Origin: Octopus vulgaris
Taxonomy: Eukaryota
Reading direction: 5' to 3'
Length of the DNA: 64,000 bases
NCBI GenBank assembly: GCA_951406725.2
Contig: OX597823.1
Location: forward strand, 29,450,001-29,514,000
Part shown: positions 11,106 through 26,578 of the stretch, in pieces
Numbering within the stretch: the first letter of the stretch is position 1
Layout of the letters: every line of letters begins with the position of its first letter
The notes under the pieces: model-generated
What the model saw: the letters and a program-made list of their open reading frames with translations, nothing else
Databases searched by the model: none
What the model was told of the DNA's origin: nothing
Position numbers and translations under genes: made by a program

Positions 11106-12730
11106 ATATATATATATATATATATAGTTATTTTGTGATGAAAAATATCTCTGTACCACCGAATACAACCTACTTTAATCATTTCAACAGTAAATTATGG
11201 AAAAGGCCTTCAAATGAAATACAATTTGCCAGAACAACTATACCACTTCACCAAAACACATACGAAAAGAATTTTATTCCTCAAAATGTATCCCATCATG
11301 TTCTATTGTCTGTTGCCGTTGGTTATGCCAGAAGCTCTCTTTTCCTTCCACATGACCGGTGATCGACCAAGCATGATCTTTCTTTATTGGCTCGACTGTC
11401 GGCCGTGAAGCCTCTCTTATGTTCCTGTCTCATGACTTTTATCTCTTATGTTCATCTCCTATGTTCCTACCTCAAAGCTTTCACTCTACACACGCCAGCT
11501 CAACTCTGATTCGTCTCGTCTCTATTAGTCGAAAGACACCTGTTGTTATTTTCTTTTGCTTGTATTTGTAATTGTGTACCATTTCTCCGTTTTTCTGGAG
11601 GGGGGTCGTTTTTTTTTTGTCTTAGGTTAGATTTTGGGGGCCAGCCAGATTTGGACAGTCTCAAATGCAACCGGCCGAAACTGTAAGGATAATCTGGGAA
11701 CTCGACTGAGGAGAGAAGGCCACGAATTACCCGTCCTTGTTTTTTCCTGCTCGCATTTGTATCGTTTATCTGTCCGGATGCTATATTGTCGTCTGTTGCG
11801 TTCTTGTTCCATATTTTAGATTTATATACATATACATATATATATGCGTCAGTGTGTGTATGTGTGTGCCTGTGGATTCACATACACCCACACCAAATTT
11901 TTCCCATCAATCTTTCAATTATAAAGTGTGTGCTTGCATACATATATATACACACATATAAACATATAAACACGCATATAAACCTCTACATTTGTACACA
12001 CACGCACATATACATACATTCACTCGCACGTACGTACACACACACGCACACACACACACATTTACATATATATACTATACACGCACACACACATACACAC
12101 GTACAAACACACACAAATTCACATACACACCGACACATATACATACACACAATATATACCTACAGGCGCACGCACACATACACATACGTACACACACATA
12201 CAAACGCACACATACACGCACACACAACTACACGTACATACATACACACACACACAAATGAACCCACACATACGTCCCATACACACAGCACACAATTATA
12301 CATACACGCACACAATTATACCTACATATATATACACACACACACGCACCTACAAGCACGCACGCACACATACACTAAGTTAAGCACGGTTACTCGCTAC
12401 ACACCCAAACTCTACGCATACACACACGAACACACACATACACACACACACACTACAAATAAAACACACACACGATACATATACATACACACACACACAA
12501 ACACATACCTCTTTGTTTTTGACCTGTGCAGGACCACTCCTTATTCTTACATACTGGCCAGCTACTAGCCAGTTGTTCGCCATCCACACATACACACGCA
12601 CACACACACACACGTGTCATCATTGCACACATACACAGACACGCGCACACGCAGACCTCCGTGCACGCACACATCCACACACATTTCCTTGTCCTTACCA
12701 TACTGTTTTTGAAAACTCTGCTGTCTTTAA

Positions 12731-13460
<730 letters not shown>

Positions 13461-13463
<3 letters not shown>

Positions 13464-14155
13464 CTTAGGTTACTTAGATAAGTTTCGGTCGAAGTTGGCC
13501 CAGTCCATGTCTAATTTAATAGCACCACCTGGAAGAGATGCACATTCAGCCCTTGGGCACCATAGCCCATTCGAGCAGAGAGTTATGGTTTTCAGAGACA
13601 TATCCGAGTGGGGGTGGTTTGTCTGGTATTTGTTGGAAGTAATCATCTAGGGACCGTTTGAATGCCGTGAAATCACTTTCCTCCTTCGTGTGAGCTGGCA
13701 CGATGTTGAAGTGAAATAGCTCTGCCGTAGTGTTGTGATACGACACGAACATGATTTCTGTAGTGGACAGGTGGCACTGGGTCGAAGCCTCGGATGAATT
13801 TTTAATTTTATACCTATAATATTTGGGCAATGTTGATGGGGTATTTTCCACATCATACAGATGATATAACGCGCACGGCGGCGTTGGAGGTAGTAAAGCC
13901 TGAGCTTTTTGAGTCCATCCCAATAGTCGCGGATTGTCGTGTCACTTATTTCCTTTTGTGATTGATCCCTGGGGAGCTTCAGTTTTCATAATATTCTGTA
14001 TCGTGGGTGGGGGGCCACAGCGGACAACAGTATTCAAGGTGAAGGCGAGCAAAAGTAGAGAAAAGTAGTCAAATGGTAGGGACGTCTCTAGACCGGAAAA
14101 TCCTGAGGATCTAGGAACACGCCCTGCGAGCCAAGTCGACTTTGTTGTTTATGTA
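13461..14155 (-). mobile_element. Decayed CR1/L2-group LINE 3' end
   Basis: ARLHLEYCCPLWPP and FKRSLDDYFQQIPDKPPPLGY...NSLLEW motifs; short repeated tail. Confidence 0.7.
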
Positions 14156-14197
14156 TTTACATATGTAAATACACACACACACACAAGCATACATACA

Positions 14198-14231
<34 letters not shown>

Positions 14232-14840
14232 CATACATACATACATACATGGTGGCTGCCCCCTCGTTATCGAGTATGGCCATTGCACGAAGCTTAATCA
14301 ATGTTGTTATCGTGCAATGCCTGTGCAAGAAGTTTTTTTTTAAAGTGAAGAAAGGCCGTGCACTGAGTCAATCCCACTCACTAAGCAACAGCAGCCAAAT
14401 TCCGAAAAGAAGAACAAGTCAACATCATCTGTAACCACTGAGCCGCAGGTTTTATGTCGGAGTTATCCCAGTTACCTGAGTTACCTTCTCCTAGAAGGAT
14501 GCCCTAAAAAAGGCTAGGAGTCCTTCACTCACGATGGTTTAACCGCGCGATCGGGTATTCAGTCCGATTATTTCTATGTCCCCGCGCATGATACAGCCTT
14601 AAGACATTTATTGGATGGCCGTTGACTCTCAAGAGTTCCATCGCCCTTTGACGGGTTTTGTTTTTCATCCTGCAGGGTGTCCAATAAACACCCTCCTCAC
14701 CAAACAAGCTTGGTGGGGTTGCCGTTTAGTCGCCGACGACCCGACCATGCAACAGTTTGAACTGGGTTACATGTTACCAGTAGCACTCGAAAGTGACCTG
14801 ACATAACATACATACATACATACATACATACATACATACA

Positions 14841-14874
<34 letters not shown>

Positions 14875-14885
14875 CATACATACAT

Positions 14886-15140
14886 AGTTCAAAATTTGCA
14901 GAAAACAAAAGACGAAGACAGGTGAAGAAACAACAACGCTCGGGAAGAATGGAGAAGTCTTTTACGTTTCGTGCCTATGCTCTTCGGCAGAAAGGCTTAA
15001 GGTGTAAAATATGGAGAGCGAATGACAAAAACGGAGAGAGAAACAGAAATGTGTAGAAATACGAACATGCACTAACGGGGGATGGGGTCGACGAGGTAAA
15101 GGGTGCAGTGAGCGGTAGGGTGAGTTGTAGGACCAGTGGA
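14886..15140 (-). mobile_element. Penelope-like pLTR fragment (family of 3230-3427)
   Basis: Reverse-complement similarity to about 3250-3427, including a degenerate hammerhead near 14958-14997. Confidence 0.55.
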
Positions 15141-15368
15141 AGAGTGAGTAGGAGGAAAGGGTCTGTCCATGAACGTATTGATGTATATTCCACTGCAGAA
15201 ACCAACTTCAACGGTGCGAAACTGATGCGTGATCTATTAGCTCATCGTGCTGCGTTCGATTCTTGTCGGAGACCGAGTCCCTCTCCGAGAGAAATTTCTT
15301 TCACGGCCAAACAACAATCTTTAAATAGCAATTTCGAAACTCTTTACAATTCCTAAAAGAAATAACGG

Positions 15369-15660
15369 TGGAGGCACCTGGCCTAGTAGTTAGAGCAGCG
15401 GACTCACGGCCGTGGGATCGCGGGTTCGAATCTCAGACCGGCGATGTTTTGTGTTTATGAGAGAACCACCTAAGTTCGATGCGGCTCCAGTAAAAAGGTA
15501 ATGGCGAGCCTCCGCTGACTCTTTCGCCACAACTTTCTCTCAATCCTTCTTCCTGCATCTAGCAGCTCACCTGCAACGGTCCGACATCCCGTCCAGCTGG
15601 GTAACCTATATGCCCTTATGAAACCGGGAAACTGACCCTTATGAGCCAGGCATGAGAAAA
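15369..15660 (+). mobile_element. SINE family C variant with a different 3' tail
   Basis: GGAGGCACCTGGCCTAGTAGTTAGAGCAGCG...GGTTCGAATCTC head; body diverges after about 15550. Confidence 0.75.
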
Positions 15661-16179
15661 AACAAACAACAACAACAACAAAAGAAATAATGAATTTGGT
15701 AATATTAACGAATTTCTTGGGAATTATGTAGATAATACATCGATAATCAACCATAGGAGTTAGGGGTCTACTTTAATTTTTATACAAGCTCGCCGCATGT
15801 TGATCAGCGCTAGGTGTGTAGATCTATGAACGAATGCATCTCTGGACTACTCTGGTGTGCAAGATATTCAGTATCTGGGCTTACATTTCCCCTGTTTCTT
15901 TTCCATTTTTAATTTAAAACTTAATATGTAATTTTGTAATTTGAAGATTCATCAGCTATTTATAGAAGTGAAGGCATTGGGAATTGTCAAGAAAATTTTT
16001 TAAATGTTTGTAAAACATTTCAAAATGTTTTTAAATTTTTAATGTAAAGGGAAATAACTCTAGAAAAGCTTAACCAAAATTATTTCCCTTGAATTTATTT
16101 ACTTTTTTTAATAATGATTCTAAGGCAGCATTTTGAAGGGCTTAATCTTGTAATTAGAGCAGAAAGGAATATTATTCCC

Positions 16180-16660
16180 TGTCGTCGAGCTGGCTGAAAC
16201 GTTAGCATGCTTGGTGAAATACTTAGCAGTATTTTGTCTGTCTTTAAGTTCTGAGTTCAAATTCCACCGAGGTCGACTTTGCCTTTCATCGTTTCGGGGT
16301 CGATAAATTAAGTACCTATTTCTTTATTACCCACAAGGAGCTAAACACAGAGGGGACAAACAAGGACAGACATAGGTATTAAGTCGATTATATCGACCCC
16401 ATTGCGACCCCGAAAGGATGAAAGGCAAAGTTCGACCCCGAAAGGATGAAAAGCAAAGTTCGACCTCGGCGGAATTTGAACTCTGAACGTAACGACAGAC
16501 GAAATACGGCTACGCATTTCGCCCAGCTGTATTTCGTCTGTCGTTACTTTCAGAGTTCAAATTCCGCCTAGGAATTTAAGTACCAGCTGCGTACTGGTTC
16601 GATCTAATCGACTAGCCCCGCCCCAAAAATTTAGGGCTTTGTGCCTAGAGTAGAAAAGAC
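16180..16660. mobile_element. Nest of SINE family B copies in opposite orientations
   Basis: + partial 16180-16315, - copy 16311-16525 with an internal duplication, + partial 16527-16660. Confidence 0.8.
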
Positions 16661-16960
16661 TCGTACTTGTTCGATCGTACCATCTTGCTAAAGCGCTAGG
16701 GTACAAGGACGTAAACAAACCAACACCAGTTGTCAAGCGGTGGTGGGGAACAAACAAAAACACTGCTACATACATGTAGGTAAGTGTGTGTGTGTGTGTC
16801 CTTCCATACAGCTTCCTTTTACCACATTCACCCATGCGGCATTGGTTGGCCCGGGATATAGCAAAAGACAAGGCCAAAGATGCCGCGCAATGGGACTGAA
16901 TCAGGAACCGCCAAGTTACAAAGCGAGCGTCTTAACCACACAGCTACACCTGCGCCGCCA

Positions 16961-17639
16961 GCAATTTTTTTTTTTTTTTCTCAATAGATTTCCGGACCCC
17001 AGTAAATGAGCTCATTTGCATACAGCCAATCAGAGCTCACCTTGAAAATCCACATACTGTGTACTACTACAGTACAGCCAGTCAGGCATAGAATGACGTA
17101 TGCCACCCTGTGAGTACAGCATAGTAGGTATCACATAAGCAACACGTTCCCCCCTACCATTCTCATAGATCAATTGATACCCATCACTATATGCAGCTAA
17201 TATTAGGTGCCTATGCTCAGACTGAGATTAGTGATACTGCATGTACCAATTGATATATGCAAGGAGGGCGCAATACGTCACAACGCCATATTGATTACGA
17301 TGTTCCCAGATCAACAGCAACATTTTAAATTAGGAATGTACAAAATCAGTTAAAAAATTAGGAAACTACACTCATTTACATTTTCTAGTAAATTACGCAA
17401 ATTGGCAACACTTATGGCATCATCGGTGAGCAGCTCACCATTCACTTTATACCCTAGATTTCACATTTGACACCCCTAATAACCCGTTTAGAACAGTTAG
17501 ATTTTGCTATAACGCACGTTTTCCACTGAACTCAACCAACGTATTTTCGTGACTAGGTGGACACAAGTTGAGTTCTGATTGGCTGTATGCAAATGAGTTC
17601 ATAACTGGGGTCCCGAACTCTCGTGGAGAAAAAATTTCG
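16961..17639. mobile_element. MITE with long TIRs and 10-bp TSD (Mutator-like)
   Basis: TIR GGACCCCAGTAAATGAGCTCATTTGCATACAGCCAATCAGA and its inverse at about 17572-17613; TSD TGCGCCGCCA at 16951-16960/17640-17649. Confidence 0.75.
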
Positions 17640-17900
17640 TGCGCCGCCATATGTGCGTAATTACCTTTTTATGTATGTGAATTACATATACGCATATGCA
17701 AATGGGTATTTAGATGAAAGGTTCTCCCGGGATTCTGGGGTGTATATATTCGCCCCTGGACGGGACACCAGTCCATCGCAGAATTACTCGAGTGAACAAA
17801 AGTAACGTGAAACGTAGTGTTTTGCGCAAGATGGCAATGCGTTGCCAGGTCAGAATCTTACGATCATGAATGAAAACCCCAAATAATGGCCATGCACTTC

Positions 17901-17983
<83 letters not shown>

Positions 17984-18480
17984 GTATGTACTAGATGACG
18001 TACCCGGTAATTCCCGAGAAAACGGGGCTTATCCCTTGGTTCCATTCTCATAATTGTTTCGCTAATCCAATAACAACAATACAAGGTATGTAGCCCTTAA
18101 TACGGTTCTTCTGCATTTACAGAGAATACCGAACTATGTTACACAGGATCATGTTTTTAGGAATTCCCAATAAGTCATAAATACCCAAATTGTGCAGCCA
18201 ATTATGTAATAACATGAAATTACTTACCCGATAGCAAGAATTCAAATAAAGTGGCCTCGAAAAGGGTTTTAATGCGTTCCCGTATATGTACAGGAACTGT
18301 ACAGTACTTGCACAGCACTAGTACTGGTAGTTGGTACCAGTATATGGAATACTGGAATATGGTCGGGCTGCATACAAATTGTCACCTTGTTTCTGTTGAT
18401 ATCCTAAAATAATCTTGTCTGGGGATATAGCAGCTACGTCAGTTCTTCTGGAAATGGACATACCTGCATACATACATACA

Positions 18481-18516
<36 letters not shown>

Positions 18517-18587
18517 CACACACACATACATACATACACACACACACACATACATACACACACACATACATACATACATACATACAT

Positions 18588-18618
<31 letters not shown>

Positions 18619-18639
18619 TACATACATACAAACATACAT

Positions 18640-18674
<35 letters not shown>

Positions 18675-18699
18675 TACATACATACATACATACATACAT

Positions 18700-18730
<31 letters not shown>

Positions 18731-18786
18731 TACATACATACATACATACATACATACATACATACATACATACATACATACATACA

Positions 18787-19042
18787 AGTACAGGTTTATA
18801 CCTGTAATTATTGGAGCCCTAGGATTTGTAAAACATTACCTAAATACCAATTTTGAGAAACTAGGTTTCTTATGACCAGAAAAGAGAAAGCTGATTCGAA
18901 GACTACAGATCCAATCCATCACTGGAACTGTAAAAATCTGTAAAACTTTCCAGAAGTTTATCATTTAAATATAAATGAGCATGTCTAGATATGTAGCTAT
19001 ATGCATGAGAATACATACATAAAGCAAAACATACAAATCTGT
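18787..19042 (+). mobile_element. R4/Dong-like LINE 3' end embedded in (CATA)n
   Basis: YRFIPVIIGALGFVKHYLNTNFEKLGF...LQIQSITGTVKICKTFQKFII*; (CATA)n on both sides. Confidence 0.75.
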
Positions 19043-19336
19043 ACATACATACATACATACATACATACATACATACATACATACATACATACATACATAC
19101 ATACATGCATATATGCATACATACATACATGCATACATACATACATACATACATACATACATACATACATACATGCATATATGCATACATACATACATAC
19201 ATGCATATATGCATGCATACATACATACATACATACATAAATACACACACACACACACATACGTACATACATACACACACACATACATACATACATGCAT
19301 ACATACATACATACACACACACACACATACATACAT

Positions 19337-19369
<33 letters not shown>

Positions 19370-19859
19370 TACATACATACATACATACATACATACACAC
19401 ACACATACATACATACATACATACATACATACATACATACATACATACATACATACATACATACATACACACACACATACAAAGATATACGTCCTGGTGG
19501 GTGAAGGAGAAGTGGGGTGAGCGGAGGAAGAGGTGAATACATAAAGAAGTAAACACCAAAAACAGCTTACAATATAGTGTTGCTATGAACTCTTTAACCG
19601 TATGTGTGAGCGCGCGAGCGTTTGCATATGCATGCGTGTGTGTGTGCGCGCGCGCACGGTGTGTATGGTTAAGTGTTATTAAAGAACCTCGGTAAGACAT
19701 ACTACAGTGCATATATTATCCCCCCTTGGCAAGTAGTCTCCCTTGCAAATTCAAGGGAGGCTACTTAGTACTCTACTTGCAATTTTTTTGAGAAAATTCT
19801 TTACTTGAATTCTTAGATCTCAAAAATTTGAGATAGTTATAATCGGTTATAATCCAGGG

Positions 19860-20112
19860 AAACTATCACCTGTGTCATCTCTTGTGAAAGGTAAGAGAGT
19901 CCAGTTTGCTGGACATTGTTGTAAAGCTGAAAAATAGGTAATTTCTACTCTTCTCCAGAGGGCGCACACTCTCCTACCCTGATGTAATTAATCTCCAGGG
20001 ATACAGGCATCCAGCAACAGGACCTCCGTAATGCCATGATGGACCGTGAAGTCTGGCGTAGTATGGTAAATTCCATTGTCTCGACCACGGTCGAACAATG
20101 ATGATGATGATA
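19860..20112 (+). mobile_element. RTE LINE 3' end with (TGA)n tail
   Basis: RVQFAGHC...DLRNAMMDREVWRSMV followed by ATGATGATGATGA. Confidence 0.65.
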
Positions 20113-20643
20113 ACTGGTACCCATAGAGTTAGATTAATGAATTATAAAAATAAATTTGCATATCAATATAAACAAAATGTAGTTGAAGAAGTCATTTGCC
20201 GAAGGCCAGCCAATGACATGGCATTCAACACAAGTGACAGATATGAATTTGACCCTGCGCAGCTTTAACTTCCTTGGTTCGTAGCAGTTGTTATTAATAA
20301 ACTTTGAGACAGCATTTTAGATCAGGATTGGTTATGCATGTGTTGTTGCAGATCGGATGCAGTTGAGCCTGGAGGTGCCGGCTGTACGTTGATTCTCATG
20401 AGCTTTCATGTGGTTTATATGACCTGATTTGCTGAGAAGGACACATTGAAGAGGAGTCAAATACGCGTGGCTGTGTCAGTTTGCTAACCTCAAGTCGCTT
20501 TTGTGTTTTCAGTCTGTTCGTACGCACCTTTTTTTTTTTTTTTTTAGTATTCTAAGTTTCAGCTTTTCCCGAACTAGTTTGAGGTGTCTGTCATATTCTG
20601 CACTGCAGAGCTGCACTTTGAAGCTACAGATGTCCTAATAGAG

Positions 20644-20731
20644 CAGCGTTTTTCAAACTGTGGGTCCCGACACTTCGATGGGTCGTGAGATAAATAAAAT
20701 GGGTCGCGACAAAAAAATTTGAAAAACGCTG
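20644..20731. mobile_element. Tiny hAT-type MITE
   Basis: 14-bp TIR CAGCGTTTTTCAAA/TTTGAAAAACGCTG; no clear TSD. Confidence 0.6.
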
Positions 20732-20845
20732 CAGCAGATGACGCTTGCATGTCAAGACAAGGTCAGTCGTGTGGCTCTGTTTTGAAGAAGGAAGAATGCA
20801 ACACGCCATGCATCCAACGATTTGTAGTGGCTACGAACTCTCTAA

Positions 20846-20886
<41 letters not shown>

Positions 20887-20893
20887 TGTGTCT

Positions 20894-20992
<99 letters not shown>

Positions 20993-21284
20993 AAAATATA
21001 AAACAGACCAAGAAGTGAAATGAAATGATGTCCAGCCATTTGTAGATGATTAAATTTAAGTGAAAAAATTCTTGTACAACACTTTTGCCACTTGCTTGGT
21101 TGGTATCGTAGGTTCCAGTGGCAAGTACTGGAAGAAGAGGTTCCCGTCATTTTCAGGCGAAGCCGCGGGGAAAACAGATCTTCCAGAAGTATATATTTGT
21201 GTTGTATTTTTAACGCATCACGTCTGTAAGGGGTTTTATCTTGAACGAAAACCGCAGTATATTGCCTCTCAGCATACATACATA

Positions 21285-21642
21285 GTGACCGGCTGGCGCG
21301 TACATTACAAGTCCAATCTGTGAGCGGAACAGTAAAAATATACAAGACTTTTCTCAAGTTCCAAATGTGAATTTGTCTGTGTTAGCTATATCTCAAAGAT
21401 GGAGCCTTGTATGTTTGTTGGAAACCGGCTCCCTTCTCAGTGGAAGATTTATAATGAATGCAAAATAGAAGAGACATACATACATACATACATACATACA
21501 TACATACATACATACATACACACATACATACCTTCATACATACACACATTCATACACACATATATACATACATACATACACACATACATACGTACACACA
21601 TACATATATACATACATACACACACATACATACATACATGCA

Positions 21643-21673
<31 letters not shown>

Positions 21674-22702
21674 CATACATACATACATACATACATACAT
21701 ACATACATACATACATACACACACATACACACATACATATGCATACATACTTACGTACGTACGTACGTTAATATGTACGTACTTTAATACGTACATTAAT
21801 ACGTGCCTGCGTGCGTACGTACAAATATCATGAAGGTACTACCTCTCTTCTGCGTCATGACGTTGTCGCAAAAACAACATACAATGCCATTTGGAACAAC
21901 AAAAAAAAGCTGTCCTGGAATAAACATAGAGGATCCCCCTGTTTTTGAATACATACACAAGTACTAGCACAAATGTCCCATCAAAACATCTGTCAGGTGT
22001 AAGCAAAACAGGCCGGATACTGTTGTTTGAATCAGACAAGAAAAGGTATGTCCCGTCATAGAGGTCAGCTGTCCTGTTGATGTCAGAGAAAGACGATAAT
22101 TATGGGCAACTACTTGGAAATCTCCAGCTTCTATATCCGGATTACAAATTTACGTTTATGCCAAGAATAACTGGAGTGTTTGGTTTTGTACGTAAATGCC
22201 TAACTGTCAGCCTGGGTAAGCCTGGATTTTCAAAAAAGGAAATCAACCAACAGATTCGTGCATTATAAATACAATCTGTTAGTGGAAGAGTAAATCTATG
22301 CAAGGCTTTTCACGGGTTTAAAATGTGACATTGTTTTCGTTATCTACATTCCAAAAATGGAGTTTGCATCTTTGTTAGAAACCAGATCCTTCTTCAGATA
22401 AAGAATTTAAAATATATAAATACAGAAAAGACATACATACATACATACATACATACATACATACATACATACATACATACATACATAGTGACAGGCTGGC
22501 TCGTACATTACAAGTCCAGTCTGTGAGCGGAACAGTAAAAATATACAAGATTTTTCTCAAGTTCCAAATGTGAATTTGTCTGTGTTAATTTAACACATAC
22601 AAATTCACATTTGGAACATCTCAAAGATGGAGCCTTGTATGTTTGTTGGAAACCGGCTCCCTCCTCAGTGGAAGATTTATAATGAATGAAAAGTAGAAGA
22701 GA
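21285..22702 (+). mobile_element. Stack of R4/Dong-like LINE 3' ends separated by (CATA)n
   Basis: Units at 21285-21474, about 21830-22430 (RPDTVV, EKDDNYGQLLGNLQLLYPDYKF; RLE region) and 22486-22702, each followed by (ACAT)n. Confidence 0.7.
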
Positions 22703-23149
22703 CATACATACATACATACATACATACATACATACATACATACATACATACATACATACATACATACATACATACATCACAGCTGCATCCTTGTTACACG
22801 AGAAAAGCCATTGCCAAGAAGACTTACTGAAATGATTCATGATTGTTGCCATGTGATGCCCTTATATGACTGTTAAGCCCGGTTAAGCTTTTACGCATTT
22901 TATTACATACTAGACAACTGTGCTGGCTGGCAGGAGAAACAGGTGCCACCATATGCACTCTCTTAACATGTCTTTTTAGACCCCCAACTGAGAGGCACAC
23001 CCTTCCACATTCTACACATAACGTTCTATTATGAATTTAAACAGCATTGTTTATCATGGGTCGATTTCTATGAGAATTTTGGTGGCTCACCAGGCCTGCA
23101 TGACTCAAACACCTTCACTTACAAACCACACACATAAAAAGCAACACTC

Positions 23150-24140
23150 TCTCACTTTCCACAGGTTCTCCCCTTCTAAGCACCCTCTTAATTTTCTCAT
23201 ACTTCTGCCTCTCAAACCTTGAACAACCATCATGTACTATCTTCCTCCATTCATCACGCTCTTGTGCCTCCCTCTCCTAATTACCAGCTGCAATTCCTGT
23301 CTGTATTACAGCCTTTTTCAGGCGATCCTTAAACCTTAGTTTAGGTTTATGCGCTGGTCTCCTGCCATCTTCCAGCTCACCATACAATAACTGCTTGGGC
23401 AGTCGCTCATCACTCATCCTTACCAAATATCACCCACCCCACCCCCACTACCTCAAACGTCTTTGCAAAATCATTGACTCTATACTTCTACTGCCACTCC
23501 TCTCAAGCACCTCCAAATTATTAATGGCCATTTTCCAGTTTATCCCCAAAATTTTTCTCAGACAGTATTGATGAAATCGTTCCAATCGCCCTACCTGCCT
23601 TTAAAGTTAACTTTAATTTGTGAAGATATATTATGTTGTTTCCATAGACGCCTACCAAAAGCACTACTAGCCCTGCTGATTCTGTATGAAATTTCATCAT
23701 CAAGGCCAGCAGTGCTCAAGGTACTTCCTAAATAAATGAATCTAGGTAGTCTCCAGCCTTTGACCATTCACAGTTATAAAAGGTTCCACATACATCTTGG
23801 AGGGAGCAGGCTGGTACATTATAAGCTTTTTCTTTTTAGATTGATTGTTAGACCCAAAGCTGTACCTGCTGCAGAAATCGCATTCACCATGTGCTGCATA
23901 TCTTTCTGAGAATGTGCCAACAGGTCACAATCATCTGCATACAGGAACTCAACGTGGTGAGAATGCAGAACTTTCGTTTTGGCACAGAGTCTTTTGAGAT
24001 TGAACAGTTTTCTTGTTGTCCTATATCTTATATAGACCCCTTCAGAGCAATTTTAAAAGCTATTTGAAAGACTATTGCGAAATGTATAGCAAACAGTGCT
24101 GGAGCAGGAATATCACCTTGCTTTACACCATTTTCTGCAT
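23150..24140 (-). mobile_element. Decayed RTE-BovB-like LINE
   Basis: ENGVKQGDIPAPALF, FLYADDCD (about 23925-23948) and RMSDERLPKQLLYGELEDGRR. Confidence 0.75.
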
Positions 24141-24806
24141 GCATACATACATACATACATACATACATACATGCATACATACATACATACATACATACAT
24201 ACATACATACATACATACATACATACATACATACATACATACATACATACATGCTTAACAAGCACTTGTGGAAAAGCTTATTACCGATAAAGACGAAATC
24301 TAGACGCTGATCGAAGAACTCCGCAACCGCAGGCGAATTCTTGAACAAAATTGCATAAATTACAACTTTGCTTCCAACCCACAGGCATTATACAGAGAAA
24401 TCTATAAGTACTGATCTATAAGTATTGGGATGCCTGTCTAGGTAGCAGAGTGGCATCATTCGAAAACTACTATGCAAGGAAGCGCATTGTGACCAGCAGT
24501 GTATAACAACACTTGATAGTTTTACTTTTAAGAGAATCTCCTTTCGAAAAAGATCTTAAATTATTCAGGACTAGATCTGGAACGAGAAAAGGGATTCCAA
24601 CCTTAATGTATCGTGGCTAAATACAGTTAGGGGAGAACAGTATACCAATATTGACAGTAAAACATACACAGCTAATTGGTAACTTTCACTAGAGCTGTAG
24701 GCAACCTACTTAATGGGGAGACCCCTGGAAGAGATCTAATAGATGCATATTGTTATCTTACTGAAACCTATTATTCAAAAGGGCTGTGGAATGTCAGACT
24801 GACATA

Positions 24807-25183
24807 CACTACCGTCAGAAATTAATTAGCACCCTTGATTTGCTCTTCACTCAAGGTATGTGCTGTCACCTAGTGGCCATATCTCGAACTATTGCTTTGT
24901 TGCGAGTTCACTGTTGCGCAGAACGATGACGTAACTTTGTTTGCAGAGCAGTTTGAGAGTCTACAGCCTTATGATGTTGACATAGCAGTGCAACAACTTG
25001 GAGTGCGGATGCAGACAAATCTTCCTTTGTTTAATAGATATAGGTAGCGCCTCGCAAGGACCGAAATCACACCATACTAAGTTTTCTCATCGCGTAAGAC
25101 GTTTTGAACAGCTCATAGGTTAATTGATTTAACCTATTTAATGTAGAAATTTGAGAAGTGCTAATTAATTTCTGACGCAAGTG
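24807..25183. mobile_element. Tc1/mariner-type MITE
   Basis: 26-bp TIR CACTACCGTCAGAAATTAATTAGCAC (2 mismatches) flanked by TA on both sides. Confidence 0.8.
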
Positions 25184-26208
25184 TAGCACATAGGCTTACT
25201 ATAGCACGAGCGAATCTTGTAACCACCGAGTTGATAGAGAACTATAGACCCATTGCTTTCCTAAATATTATATGCAAACTATACACAAGCTGCCTCAACC
25301 AATTCCTCCAGGATCATTGAGTTCCACAACATTGTGACTGATGAACAGGCAAGTGGAAAGAAATGAGCTTGAGAATGTACCGAACAGATTTTGATAAAAG
25401 GAAACTGTGCTGTCTGAAGTAAGAAAACACTTTGGAAGCCTTGCGACACTATGGCTTGATTACAGGAAAGCATCCGACTTTTTTCCCCACTCGTAATTGA
25501 GGAAGTGTCTATATTTAGCGAAATTAACTGCTACCTTAATTGCTGCTGTTCAGAGGCTCACAAAGACCCGGGCAAAATTCTCACACTTACAACTGAAAGC
25601 GACACGATCGCCTGCGATGTTATCAATATTTCACAGGGAATATTCCAAGGAGATAGTCCCTCTGTACTCTTGTTCATTTTAGCGTTAAGCCCATTAACAT
25701 TCCTTCTACGAAAATCAAATGGTTACATGCTAAGGTCTGAAGCTGCAAGAGATATTAATGAAACCTATAATTTCTTTGTGGATGACCAAGGGATCTGTAC
25801 TAAAATTGTTTATAATGTCAAAAAAGGGTTGAATTTAATATATTCATCAGATATAGGAATGAATTTGGCCATAAAAAAATGTTCGTATTTGATTTTTGAA
25901 CGTGAAAAATCAGTCCCCTAAACCCGAAACCTATGCAACAAGTCTCTGTATCCCTCCAGTTCCGCACAAAGAATTCTACAAAAGCTTAAGCAATGATGTA
26001 TCACTGGAAGGTTCTTTGAATAAAGATAGACTGACCCAAGAATACTACACCTGACTAAGAAAAGTATTGCAGTCGGAACTCTCCTCTCACAAGACAACAT
26101 CTCACACTGCATTTGTAGCACTAGTGTTAATTCCAACATTTAGGAGACTTGACTGGTCAGTAGAGGAAATCCACTCCATAGACATTAAAACCAACAAGAT
26201 CTTGACAT

Positions 26209-26397
26209 CAGTTCTATATTTAAGAGATGAGGAATTATGTACGTTATTTACATTATTTACATTTGCCGGATATTTGTCCTCGTCTTGTTTGTTGTTATCA
26301 TAACGTTTCGGCTGATATACCCTCCAGACTTCATCAGGTGTCTTGGGGAAATTTCCAACCTGGGTTCTCATTCCTAAGGTATTTTTCGATGTTGTTA

Positions 26398-26492
<95 letters not shown>

Positions 26493-26543
26493 ATTATTAT
26501 TATTATTATTATTATTCCGTGTTCGATTCCAAGCAGTGACCAA

Positions 26544-26578
<35 letters not shown>

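Noticed and set aside
11786-12568. 260-aa and many similar ORFs rich in YI/HT/CV/MYVC
   Set aside because: Translations of (TA)n, (CA)n and (CATA)n microsatellites with no coding signal
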